Assembly: GCF_027921745.1 (NCBI RefSeq)
Contig: NC_079238.1
Span: 3,038,001 to 3,102,000, forward strand
Length of the DNA stretch: 64,000 bases
Direction: 5' to 3'
Source: Schizosaccharomyces osmophilus
Taxonomy: Eukaryota
The notes below the pieces were generated by a model, which worked only from the letters and a program-made list of their open reading frames with translations, had not been told where the DNA came from and ran no database searches. This document shows, one piece after another, positions 46,777 through 58,000 of this stretch. The position numbers were made by a program, and so were the translations under genes. Position 1 is the stretch's first letter. Each line of letters starts with the position of its first letter.

Positions 46777-49700
46777 CTAGAAGTACCTTTCGGACTTTTG
46801 ATTGCAAAGTTCGGAGAGCTTCTTTAATTCAGAGGAACCCCGGTCTTCCATCCTCTCTAATGTGCTGGAAACAGCTTGCTGCAGAGCCTGCCTATATGTT
46901 GGTGAAATCGTTTCAATTGTCATAAGCTTATAAAGGAACGAGGGCCCATAACTTTGGTCCATTAGGATTTTATCCAAGGCACTAGCATTCAATTCATTGG
47001 ATTTACCCAGAATAGCTTCAACAACCATATCGGTACAATTGGTTTCTTCTTGGGGCATTGAAAGAATCTTCAACAAAGAGCTATAGGCCAGTCGATGAGT
47101 ACAAACTCGCACGATATCTTTTGTGAATCTCTGCGTTAATTGTTCTGTTACATGAGGATAGCTCATGTTTTCTATAAGATAACTTAATAAAAGTGTACCA
47201 TTACCATTCATGGCTAAATGTACCGAATACACGGTTATTGCTGCAGCTACCAACACACGCTGTTCCTCAATAACATCAGGACTTTCTAAGCAAGTGCGGA
47301 TAGCACGCGAACCATAACGGCTTTGAGCGATTACCCAAAACTGATTCATAATAGCTTCGAATACAAAGTTGTTCATTGGTGAACCAAATCGGAGGCACGT
47401 TTGTACCACATAATTGCCAAATTGATCTGCAAAAAGAAGAGGTATATATGGCTGAAGATGCTTTGCAATAAGAAGCATCTGAGAATCAGTAGAGGCCACA
47501 TCAACAATTTTCTGAGCGGCCCAAGTACCATTTTTATGAATTCCAATTTGCGCAAGGTGAGGAGCGATCCTTTCTAACATCATTTCCTTAACAGGGTCGG
47601 AACAGTAATCAAACAATTTCTGTACTACTGTATTGCCCAGGTGGTCGCTAGCAAGATCTGATACCTCATCCAACCAGTTAATGGCAATTTCCTCAACTTC
47701 CTCTTGAGTACAAAGACCATTATCAATACGCTTACGGACTTGTCGAAGTTTGGGAGCATTTAATCGGCGGCTACTAAAAGCTTTAGAGATGGATGGTATT
47801 TGGGCAGTAAATTCCGTCAAATCACATGCAGTATCTAAAATAGGCTGTATAGTAGAAAGATCATCAAACCCAAACGATTTCGTAACACCAATAATATCAT
47901 CATACACTTCTCGTAATGAGGTAACGAACGACACGTTAGAAAAAGCCTTATTCAGACCATCAACAGTTGAATGCGCATTCTCGGAACTTGAAGATGAGAC
48001 CTTGGCAAACCCGATACAGATAGGGTTTGAATCCAGAAAAATGCATTTTCCATTAAGTTCTTCCAATATATACTTCGCGGTATTAACACTATCAAAATTA
48101 ATAAAAGCGGAATGTTTATGAGAAAGCATCCTAATATTTATGACGTTGCCATGAGAAGCAAAAGTAGCAGCAACTGTATCTGATGAGATGCCCGCCGGAA
48201 GATTACCAACCCATAAAGCATGTGTGGGTTCTGACTGAGTAAGATTTCCAATAGTGGCATCCCCTATACCACTCCAACCTGTACTATTAATGTCAGAGAG
48301 GCCTTTTGATATCCCAATATTACTGATGCCAGCGCTGCTTGTGTCAGGTGTAGAGGTCCTAATACTGCTGTTGCTCGTGCTGAGGGGTGAAGGAGCATTA
48401 GTCAAAAAAGAAGGATTATAAGAAGGCGACCCTCTTGCTCTCGGTGAACCACGGTCAGCAGGATCAGCCATTCCTCCAACTGATGATGAAGTAGGCGTAG
48501 GAGGATGCGTAAGAGTAGAGGATAAAGACTGTGATCGACGACGTGAGTTTAACATAGTCTGAGACCTGGAACTCAGGGAACCCACGGGTGGAAGCTCTGG
48601 AACGATGTCCATCCCACCATGTCGTTCAGGCGATTCAAAGGACAAGCCCTTTAGAGCAAGCGGGTTATGCGTATTAAGTAGATTATTGTTTAAGCCGTAA
48701 GCCTGAGGTCGTTGATAACCAAAACCACTATGCAAATTCTTAGCATGAAAATTAGTTTGCGCATCAGCCTTAAATTGGGAATCCAAAGACGAGTCTAAAC
48801 GTCCAGTGTTGTGACCAACATGTTTTAAACCATTACCAAATTCAGACTGTTCATTATTTGGATTAACCGCAGGAGCATAACCAGAACGACCTGTGCGCAA
48901 GCTATGCGATAAATGGGACAAATCAGATGGCCATACTTGGGAAGAATTGAGCTGATCCAGCCCCCCATGATTTAAGTATGGTAAGGCAGATGAGTTCATG
49001 CTGGAATCTGAAGAAAAATTTGTATCAACAGGAACCGATGGAAACTGTTGATTGTATGGCTTGTACGATTGATTTGCATTCAAAGATGCGGAAGAAAGAG
49101 TATTGGGCTGAGCGAGCGACGGGGCCATAAAACCACCAGAGGAATTAAAAGCACGTGGATTCCAAGGCAGCGTGTAAGAGCGTAATCGATTGGAACCCTT
49201 GGAACGCTTATTTAATGCGGGAGCATTTGAGTTGCCTGAGGAATTCATAGTAAAAACGGGGTCTCTGTTGGAGATTATTTCAGAAGCAGCAGAAGTCGGA
49301 ATAGACGTTCCGCTGTTGGATGAAGATCTTTGCCGACCCGACTCAGATGTAGGGGATGTATCTGTAGATGGACGTATATACATAGATGAAACGGGCTGTT
49401 TCAAAGACGAAGCTGCAGTAGGAGGAGCAGCTGAAAGATTAGAGGTCCATGGAATCGAGGGATCATACTTCGTAGAAGAAGAAAGAGAAGATGTACGAGT
49501 CCTGTTCGTAGGAGGAGAGACAGCCAAAGAAGCAGATGGCGGAACGGACAGTTTAGGAACGTTCGTCTGATTGGCGGGTTCTTCATACGCTGACAAAGAT
49601 GAGCTTCTGTGTCGTTCAGTGTTTGTAAGTTCATGCTTAGGAGCAGATCCTGAACTTAGACCCGGCCAAAGCTCGTTTGACAAATCCTTAAATTGAGACG

Positions 49701-49959
49701 TTGTTCCCGACAGTAAAGTATTATTTTTTAGTCTATGAAGTTTATTATTGTTATTGCCCGGATAAGCTTTTTCGGGATTGGATGCATCAAAAAATTGAGA
49801 TGTTGAGGAAGAACTAGCCCCAACTCCGCTACTCTCTAACGAAGATTCAAGTAAATTGTCCAAGTCGTTTTTTAACTCTGACATGTCGAGTGACCCAGTG
49901 TCCATATTTGAAGAGCTCATTGATGAAGGCTTGATGCCATCAGAAGCCGATTTATGCAT
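46777..49959 (-). CDS. puf2: Pumilio-family RNA-binding protein with an RRM (Puf2/Jsn1 type)
   Basis: RRM ALWVGNLP..SAFINF; PUF repeats LGNTVVQK, NGTWAAQK, FGNYVVQT, YGSRAIRT; long Ser-rich N-terminus. First ATG is at 49959. Confidence 0.9.
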   Translation of the reverse strand: MHKSASDGIKPSSMSSSNMDTGSLDMSELKNDLDNLLESSLESSGVGASSSSTSQFFDASNPEKAYPGNNNNKLHRLKNNTLLSGTTSQFKDLSNELWPGLSSGSAPKHELTNTERHRSSSLSAYEEPANQTNVPKLSVPPSASLAVSPPTNRTRTSSLSSSTKYDPSIPWTSNLSAAPPTAASSLKQPVSSMYIRPSTDTSPTSESGRQRSSSNSGTSIPTSAASEIISNRDPVFTMNSSGNSNAPALNKRSKGSNRLRSYTLPWNPRAFNSSGGFMAPSLAQPNTLSSASLNANQSYKPYNQQFPSVPVDTNFSSDSSMNSSALPYLNHGGLDQLNSSQVWPSDLSHLSHSLRTGRSGYAPAVNPNNEQSEFGNGLKHVGHNTGRLDSSLDSQFKADAQTNFHAKNLHSGFGYQRPQAYGLNNNLLNTHNPLALKGLSFESPERHGGMDIVPELPPVGSLSSRSQTMLNSRRRSQSLSSTLTHPPTPTSSSVGGMADPADRGSPRARGSPSYNPSFLTNAPSPLSTSNSSIRTSTPDTSSAGISNIGISKGLSDINSTGWSGIGDATIGNLTQSEPTHALWVGNLPAGISSDTVAATFASHGNVINIRMLSHKHSAFINFDSVNTAKYILEELNGKCIFLDSNPICIGFAKVSSSSSENAHSTVDGLNKAFSNVSFVTSLREVYDDIIGVTKSFGFDDLSTIQPILDTACDLTEFTAQIPSISKAFSSRRLNAPKLRQVRKRIDNGLCTQEEVEEIAINWLDEVSDLASDHLGNTVVQKLFDYCSDPVKEMMLERIAPHLAQIGIHKNGTWAAQKIVDVASTDSQMLLIAKHLQPYIPLLFADQFGNYVVQTCLRFGSPMNNFVFEAIMNQFWVIAQSRYGSRAIRTCLESPDVIEEQRVLVAAAITVYSVHLAMNGNGTLLLSYLIENMSYPHVTEQLTQRFTKDIVRVCTHRLAYSSLLKILSMPQEETNCTDMVVEAILGKSNELNASALDKILMDQSYGPSFLYKLMTIETISPTYRQALQQAVSSTLERMEDRGSSELKKLSELCNQKSERYF

Positions 49960-50560
49960 TTGCACCTAAATTTCTTGGAATAACAATGTACTATGCCTGC
50001 CGAAGGCAAATTATGAAATTGATAAGGTGAAGCAATCCCTGTAAATATACCAAATATTTCCCTTAAAAATTAGTTTCCAACCAAAAAAATTCAAAGACGG
50101 TTTTCTTTTTATTATTTTTCTCTTTTTCTTCGAGTAGTGGTGTAGTGGTTAGATGCAGGGTGTGCGGAGGGAACGAGCGGGTGATGCCCAAAGCCAACGT
50201 CAGATCAGATTTCGCGGTGCAATCCCTTCAACAACAAATTGGCCGCAAACCAAACCTCATTGATTTTTTTATTTTTTTTATTTTTTTTATTTTCTTGATT
50301 CTCTTACATTTCTATTATTATACAGAGAAGTGAATTTTATTAGTTGATCATTGTCATTGATTATCAACCTGTATTTGCCATTGGCAATGACTATTTAGCA
50401 CCACACCACGTTCAAGATCGCAATTCCCACCAAGCAAGCGCCGTGAGATTCAAAAACATGGGAAATTGAAGGATTCCTTGTAAATAAACATTATAATCAG
50501 CTCTCATTTTGGGATACTAAATTCCTAGCGTAAGAAAGTATTTACTCAAAACGGTTTGCC

Positions 50561-51520
50561 ATGTCGGAACACGAGTCGTTGGTTGCTGGTCGCTCGAGAC
50601 GAGCAAACGCCGGCAATAAGCTGCGGGATTTACTAGAAAAAGAACATATAAGGGCTTCTGGAGAAGAAGGAGAATTAGAAAAAGAGGATGAAGAGTACAG
50701 CTTTGAAAGAGAGGTCGACGTTGAGCGTGACATTGACATTTCAAGTGAAGATAGCGAATCGGAAGAAGGCGAGGAAGAACAGCAAGTGGAACTAGCGGAA
50801 ACTGAAGAGAAGCTGCTTCGTCAAGAGGAGAAGTCGGAGAAACGACGCTTACAAAAGAGTCGAATCACCAACCTGCAGAAATCTCTTGGAACACCCAAAA
50901 CAAAGATGCCAGAAAAGAGCGAACCCGGATTAGTTAAGAAGACATACAAGAAACAAAAATTGGATTCTTCTTCACGGAGAACGAGTTCCAGAATGCACAC
51001 AATTCGCATGACACAATCGACCGAGCATAGATTACAAGAAGCCCGGCCAAGAAGAAAGTATACAGTTCATGCCGGTGGTGATCGAACGAAATTTGGATTG
51101 ACACAGCAGCAGAGGTTAGCAGAGGCTGCGAAAACAGAGGCTTTTAATATCGGCTCTTTGCGGAATTATGTCAATTACGAAGAACAACGAAAGCTTCGAT
51201 TGCGAAGAAGTGCAGCAAAGCACCGGCGGCTGCAAGGTCCAATACTGAAATATATTACCAAGACGGAGGCCTCGGAAAGCCAAAAAAAAGTTGGAAATTA
51301 TTATGTGGCTCCTCTTGAACATCCTCTTAGCCAGGGTCCAGTAGAAACACCGATCTTGCCAGAAAACGTCCTTGAGGAATGCGCAATCTCAGGACAAAGA
51401 GCCATATACATGGATCCTTTGACAAGATTACCGTTTGCAAATGCAGCTGCCTTTCAAGAGCTACGTGATGTTTACCATCAAAAGTATGCTTGGAGTGCGT
51501 TGTTGAATACATTTCATTAG
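50561..51520 (+). CDS. swc2: SWR1 complex subunit Swc2/Vps72 (YL1)
   Basis: RSRRANAGNKLRDLL, acidic stretch, LTQQQRLAEAAKTEAFN, YL1_C CAISGQRAIYMDPLTRLPFAN. Confidence 0.95.
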   Translation: MSEHESLVAGRSRRANAGNKLRDLLEKEHIRASGEEGELEKEDEEYSFEREVDVERDIDISSEDSESEEGEEEQQVELAETEEKLLRQEEKSEKRRLQKSRITNLQKSLGTPKTKMPEKSEPGLVKKTYKKQKLDSSSRRTSSRMHTIRMTQSTEHRLQEARPRRKYTVHAGGDRTKFGLTQQQRLAEAAKTEAFNIGSLRNYVNYEEQRKLRLRRSAAKHRRLQGPILKYITKTEASESQKKVGNYYVAPLEHPLSQGPVETPILPENVLEECAISGQRAIYMDPLTRLPFANAAAFQELRDVYHQKYAWSALLNTFH

Positions 51521-51755
51521 GGGTTTTTCTTTGTTATTTTTGTTTATATATTTCGGATTGCATAATTACTTTGGCTGTCATACTGGGAACATATTTATAG
51601 AGTCAACGAATGAATGAAAAGGATTCATGATCTGATGATACAACAATATTAGAAGTATAAAAATATATACGTAGAAATATCATAAACGAATAAGTAAAGT
51701 ATGTATAGTATAACTGTTTAATCTTTTTACGCCAAGAAGTGAAAAAAAGAACAGG

Positions 51756-52613
51756 TTAATTCACCAAGTACTTGAAAGCAGCCTGCATTCCCAAGGCAAA
51801 TGTTGAGAGACGAACGTCCACAGCGAATCCTTGCTTCTCGAGAGAAAATAATTCATTCTGAAGAGAAGATAACTTGATAGGGAAGTTGCTTATGTACTCT
51901 CCTTGGTCCAGCTGTTGTTGTGGATTTTGGTTTTCAGGGTTAGACATGTCAATGTCAACGAGTATAATCTTCAAGTTGGCGTTGGTTAAGCCGGGATCAT
52001 TATACATGACAGTTGTGGCTTCTTTGACCGTTCCAACGAAACCAGTTTCTTCACGAAGCTCACGAACAGCACTTTCTTCGGGAGATTCGTCCGAATCTAC
52101 GAGTCCTGCTGGGATCTCGATACAGGTCTTGCTTAGTGGAGGGCGGTATTGCTTTTGGCACAAAACGTGAGGCTCGCCATCAATTGGGATAATACCTAAA
52201 ATGGCAACAGCATCTATACCACTCTTGGATCGGGTAGTACGTTCAGCCATTTCCCAAGCCCTGGTTTTACCACTCTGGTCTTGCCAGGTAATCTTTTTTA
52301 AACTAGTCCATTTTGCATCTTTGCTTTCGAGGTCACTGACATCTAAGACTTTGGGCTCTTGTTCTTGACTCATGGTGGTGTAATGGCTGCGGATAGAAGG
52401 AACGGAAATACGAGTAGAGAAATGCGTTGGAAAAAGGTACGTTTTCCGTTGTTGATTCTGTGAAAAGAAAATTCTTTTACTGGAAGAAAAGCGAGCTTGT
52501 TGCTTTCGTAAAATATTCAGCAATATACAGCCTTGCTTAAATGGTAAAGTAGGAAAGGCAGCAATGAAATTTGGTAAAAAGCTTGAGGAGTGTTTGAAGT
52601 GAAACAGAGACAT
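51756..52613 (-). CDS. ysa1: Nudix ADP-ribose diphosphatase Ysa1/NUDT5; two in-frame ATGs (52613 and 52373)
   Basis: Nudix box EIPAGLVDSDESPEESAVRELREETG; WEMAERTTR, QYRPPL and DPG motifs. Confidence 0.93.
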   Translation of the reverse strand: MSLFHFKHSSSFLPNFIAAFPTLPFKQGCILLNILRKQQARFSSSKRIFFSQNQQRKTYLFPTHFSTRISVPSIRSHYTTMSQEQEPKVLDVSDLESKDAKWTSLKKITWQDQSGKTRAWEMAERTTRSKSGIDAVAILGIIPIDGEPHVLCQKQYRPPLSKTCIEIPAGLVDSDESPEESAVRELREETGFVGTVKEATTVMYNDPGLTNANLKIILVDIDMSNPENQNPQQQLDQGEYISNFPIKLSSLQNELFSLEKQGFAVDVRLSTFALGMQAAFKYLVN

Positions 52614-53684
52614 TGAGGCCTTACTGCTTAATTCACAAGTCCCATGGTCAAGTATCTTTTGACGTTACATGACATAACGACTTTCTGAATCATGAGTTGA
52701 CATAACCGCTCTTTGCGAGTTGGTTTCATCCAGTTTATTCTTCTGGATTTTCCATAGAATAGGAAATATAATTTGGCCTTGTCAACAATTGATACGTAGT
52801 TGCTCTTTTATAGGCATATTTGATCCAACACTTATAGTACTTCAGCGATCTGTATTTCTAGTAGAACTCTATTGTAAAGAAAAATTTTGTTATACTTGAA
52901 ATCTTATTCTTAAAACTTCTCATTATTAATTCTTTGTTTGTCTTAATGCATCAAACCATTGCTATCTCATGCTTTTATTTTACTACATTATGCTCTTATC
53001 TATAAACATTTTAACAATATGCTTACATTCGTTTTTTAATATTTAGAGGTAATTACTAGAATCATTATGCTTTTACTCGTTCTTCGTTTGATAAGTGTCG
53101 TCCGTAAAGAAAGGAAATATGAAAAGATAGTAAGTACGTTTATGGTCACATTGAAACCGCCCATCCTTACCATTTCTCTCCGCGAAACGCTCTTGCCCTC
53201 TTTCTGCTTTATTCTTAGTCGAACTCGATTTTTCTGAAAACAAACTTTCTTTTTCTTCTTTTCAAGGTAAGTTGTTTCTTCTAGAATAAGGATTGGGAGA
53301 AAAAATGTAAAGGTATTCTAGTCTTGTAAGCTTTTATACCTCTCTTTCCCTTTTGTTTCGTTTTTGGATATGAATTGCTCTTAGTGTTTAGGAATAATTC
53401 TTTCATAAACAAATACATCATTTGTGTACTCGAAGACCTTCTTTTTGCTCTTCTTAGTATGAAGTTGTAAGTAGAAAAAGAAACTAACTATACAGGATTA
53501 CCTTGTTTGTCTCTTCAATTCGTTTTCTCGTACCTTAACTTGGCTTTTGGATCTTCACAGCATTCTTGTTATTACAAAGCTTTACTCGCTAAGTCTGTTA
53601 GGCTTTATTTTACGTTCTATATTTTCTTCTTTGGACCATTTTTAAAACGTTGTTATAGGTTATTACCTTCACTACCCTTACGTT

Positions 53685-54773
53685 ATGTGTATTTCTACTA
53701 ACTGCTCGTCCATCTCAAAACCTAAGAGCACTGAATTGCATTGTCAAGTAACTTCTTCTACCAAGCTTACTTTTAACGAGCAATCATCTTCCGTGGCTTG
53801 TAACTCATGCCTAAAGTTGATCCATGACCAAGTTTACTTTCATTGTAAGGATTGCCTAGATTTTGATGTCTGTCGATCTTGTTACAGCAATCAGGCATTT
53901 TCTCATTCTTGTCTGAAAGCGTCTTTCGAGAAGGTCACACAAACTCCTAAAACCATACCCTTGCCATTGCCTTCTCCAGTTATGGGGTCTTCAGAGTTTA
54001 TGTACGCCATATGCGATGCTTGTGAGCAGCCTATCAGCAATTTGCGTCTAAAATGTGGCACTTGTGATGATTATGATCTTTGCAGTTCTTGTTTTCTTTT
54101 GAACGAGCACACAAAAACTCATAGTTTTGTTCGAATGACGAAGCCGTATCCCATTGGGATTCCATCTTTCCAACTTCCTCCTTCCTTTGCTTCAGAAACC
54201 GATTTTTCTCGTGCATCTCTGGTTCATCGTTTTTCTCAATGTGACTCTTGTCACGCTCATCCCATCGTGGGGAACCGCTACAAGTGTCTAATTTGTAAGG
54301 ATTTCGACCTTTGCTCTAAGTGTGTGGATCATACCTTTCATCATAATCATGAAATGCTTTGTTTATCGCATTCTTCTACTTCCTGCTCACCGTCCGGCTT
54401 CAAACCTAAAGAACTCCATTACGATTTTCAGCTCGTACAAGACTATCTTCTACCTGCAAATCCCGGGCCAAAGGCATCTTGTATCAAAATCTGGCAATTG
54501 AAAAACATTTCTCTAGAGGCGTGGCCTGCTCCTCTTTTTTTGAAATTTAACGGTGGTGATCAACTCATAAGTGATGAAAACGATTCCACTTTGCCTATTA
54601 AACATCGAGTCCAACCAGGTGAAAGTGCTCTCATTGCTTTATCTATTAGAATTCCCTCGGCTGAAATATCTAAGAAAACATTCTTTTCTTTTTTCCAACT
54701 GGTCACCGAATCTGGTAACGTCTTTCACAAAAACCTTTGCCTTTTTTATACGATCTCGACAACTGATGAATAA
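53685..54773 (+). CDS. nbr1: Nbr1-like vacuolar/autophagy cargo receptor (three ZZ zinc fingers plus an FW domain)
   Basis: Three ZZ units (CNSC..CKDC..DVC; CDAC..CGTC..DLC; CDSC..CLIC..DLC) and FW-like KIWQLKNISLEAWP..VQPGE. Confidence 0.88.
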   Translation: MCISTNCSSISKPKSTELHCQVTSSTKLTFNEQSSSVACNSCLKLIHDQVYFHCKDCLDFDVCRSCYSNQAFSHSCLKASFEKVTQTPKTIPLPLPSPVMGSSEFMYAICDACEQPISNLRLKCGTCDDYDLCSSCFLLNEHTKTHSFVRMTKPYPIGIPSFQLPPSFASETDFSRASLVHRFSQCDSCHAHPIVGNRYKCLICKDFDLCSKCVDHTFHHNHEMLCLSHSSTSCSPSGFKPKELHYDFQLVQDYLLPANPGPKASCIKIWQLKNISLEAWPAPLFLKFNGGDQLISDENDSTLPIKHRVQPGESALIALSIRIPSAEISKKTFFSFFQLVTESGNVFHKNLCLFYTISTTDE

Positions 54774-55060
54774 TGTTTTCGATTTTTTCTAAATTATATT
54801 CTGACTTAGTTATATACGAAATTAAGAACTTGTAATGAAAACTTAAATTTACCCAACTTAAGTGTTTAATACGATTCTCACAGTCTAATTTAACTTTATG
54901 AATTCTAAGTTTAAGGCATACAGTAAAACTTACTTTTCGTAAGTGACTTAAAAGACTAACAAACTTTCGTTAGTATCAGAAAGCAGATTTTGCAAAACAT
55001 CATATATTCGTTAAACTATTAGCATTCATCAAATACTTTTCTAGCATGCGAATTTTACAT

Positions 55061-58000
55061 CTATGAAGATGATCCATCCTTCTCATACAAATAGTCATTC
55101 AGCCTTTTGAGAGCCAGCAACTTCGTTAATAATGGCTCTCGAGAATTTGCTAACAAATTTCTCAAGATCTTGACTGTTGTTTTGTCTTTGAGTAAAGGGC
55201 AAGTTTCCTTACCACTGAAGTGAGGAGTACCACAAAGAAAGCAAATCTCTAAGGGTATCCTGTTCAAAGGACACCGACCTGGGACATGTTCAATCCCACA
55301 ACACTTGCAAGTATCACTTGAATCATCGAAAGAACCAGCTAAATAATTGTAGAAAACAGACTTTGGGATGCTATTGGCAATTAGCAAATCCTTTTTCGCA
55401 GAAGGATGGTCATTTATCTTAACGTTCCTAGCATACAGAGGCTCCCAACTACCGTTTGCATTGTGATCATTAAAAAGCATAAAACTAGAAGCTGCCTTCA
55501 AGCGAATACATGCGTTAAAGTCATACGTCTCGTAAGATGGATATTCAGCTAACAAAGCTCTCATCCTACTCCATTCATTAGAAAACTTTTCAGAAGCTAA
55601 TTCTGGCTGACCAGTTTTGGTAATTGATAACGGTGGGTTATGTTGCTTGTTAACCATCTGTCCCTCAGCCTGCTCTGAAGTAGCCATCGAAATATCAGAG
55701 GAATCAGATTCATCGGATGAGACATTACTTGCATTATACTCTTCATCCGAACTGGTAATAAAACCACCTTCTTCATACATGATTGTTTTTCGTTGCCTAA
55801 GTTTCCGACCATCGTTGTCAGAAAACGAGCTATTTGGAGTGACCCGCTCTCGTTGTCTTAATATGTCTGACCAAATATCATCATCCTGTATCGTCGAGTC
55901 ATTCTTAAATAGATTATCTGTTCCTGGAACCGTGATGTTTTCCTTATTGTTTACCCAAACACGAGCAAACCCGAAACCATTAGTACTATTACTCTCTGAG
56001 TCTCTATTAGGAGATACATCCCTCTGTTCCGCATCAGTAATCAAATTTTCCACGGATTCTTCATCATAACGGATAGCCTGGATGTCCTCATTCTCTTCAA
56101 AAAGGGCGCGAACACCATGTTGTAGAACTTCATGAAGATCGATGACTGATTCATTGTTCTCTCTCATTGATTGTACAATAATTCGATCCAGTAACATCTT
56201 TTTCTGTGCAGCTTGTAAAATTTTTTCTTCAGCTGAGTTTCTAATAATTAAACTGAAAACAAAAACTTTCTTATCTTGACCATAGCGGTGAGCCCTTGCT
56301 ACAGCTTGCATATCTTGATGAGGATTAAAGTCAGGGTCCAATATTATAACCGTGTCCGCCGAAGCTAGATTAATTCCAACACCACCAGCTCTGGTGGTTA
56401 AAAGAAAACAACTTTTCTTCGAATTCGGGGCATTGAATGAATCAATTTCTACTTGTCTATCATGTTCTGTTGTCGTACCGTCAAACCTAGAGTACGATAT
56501 ATTTTTATGATCCATCCAATCTTCAAGGATATCCAATTCTAGAATAAATTGTGAGAAAATAAGAATTCTATGGCCACGCATAATTAGTTTTGGAAGTAAA
56601 AGCCGAAGTAAAAGCATTTTTGCGCTGGCTTCCTCAAGAGAGCGGATACTTAGTTCTTCCGGGACCTCTTTTACTTCAACGTCAGCTGAATAAAGATAAG
56701 GATGGGCTAAGGTTTTTCGAAGTTGCATCAATATATTGCTTAAAGAAGCACGTGTATTCTTGGAGTTTGATTTCGTATTGCTCCTAGAAACAATACTCTG
56801 AATTAGATCAACATTTTTCGAGACAATTAATTTATAAAGTCTTTTCTGAAGAGGAGTCATTGTGAGCGGTACGATCACTTCAATCTTTGGAGGAAGTTTG
56901 TCTAAAACTTCTTCTTTAACTCTGCGAAGAAAAAAAGGCTTCAACATTTGGTGAAGCTCAGTTACTTTTTTTTCATCAATATTTTGATACTGTCTCTCTA
57001 ATTCAGAAGCATCAATTTCCTCCGGATTCAAAAACTGTAACAAATTGAATAGTTCCCTAATGTTGTTTTGTAACGGTGTGCCTGTGAGTAATGCCTTAAA
57101 AGTAGCGTCTATTGAAATGAGATCATTAAACAAAGAAGATTGATCACTCTTCAATCTTTGCCCTTCATCAATAATCATGCATTGCCAACGAAACTTCCTT
57201 AAAAGACTGATTTCACTGTCAACGCAACTCGTGCTAACAATGAGAACGTGTGTTCTTATACCATCGGCATTATCGTTTCGGTAAATTCTGTTTTCACGAA
57301 CAATGTCTCTATTACGCTCAGATCCAACCAATGTCGCAATCAACAAAGACGAGTCCCATTTATGAAACTCACGCTCCCAATTAGCTACAGTTGCATGAGG
57401 GACAACAATAAGGAAAGGAAAGCAATGATGTCTGTGATACAACACACTAATAAAGGAAATTATCTGTACGGTTTTACCTAAACCCATTTCATCAGCCAAA
57501 ATGCAATGTTGTCGTTGAACCCAATGAAAGTATAACCAATTCACACCTTGTAACTGGTAGGGCATAAGCTTGCCTCCAAATATATAGGAGGGTTGCTCAG
57601 TTAATTCTAGTTGATTGAAGTCAGTATCCTTACTTAAGCCAGATTTAGAAGACTTCTCTATCCAACAAGTTCTAACGTAATCAGAATAGCCCTCTTTCCA
57701 AGCTTTCCATCGATCAAAACTATTGATATCACCTAGAAACTCCCAAGAAGACATTGAATAAGGTAACCCACGCCATGAAACATAAGCTTTATCAACTTTT
57801 GCTAATGCCTGCATTTGTTTTTCTTTAGACTTAAATTTTCGCGGAATTTTGTATTGCACATCCCAAACCTTGTCAATTGTTATATGGGAAGGAGGTATAA
57901 TTTCAAGAGATCCGTTATGAGGGTCTGTTTCTCGGGAATCAAAATTTCGCTTTTTTGCGTTTGAAACGCCGGCTAACCAAGAAGCAGAACACCAAAAACA

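Noticed and set aside
50131..50226. tRNA-like start TAGTGGTGTAGTGGTTA in a GC-richer patch
   Set aside because: No GTTCRA T-loop or B box and no acceptor stem; more likely puf2 leader or promoter sequence.
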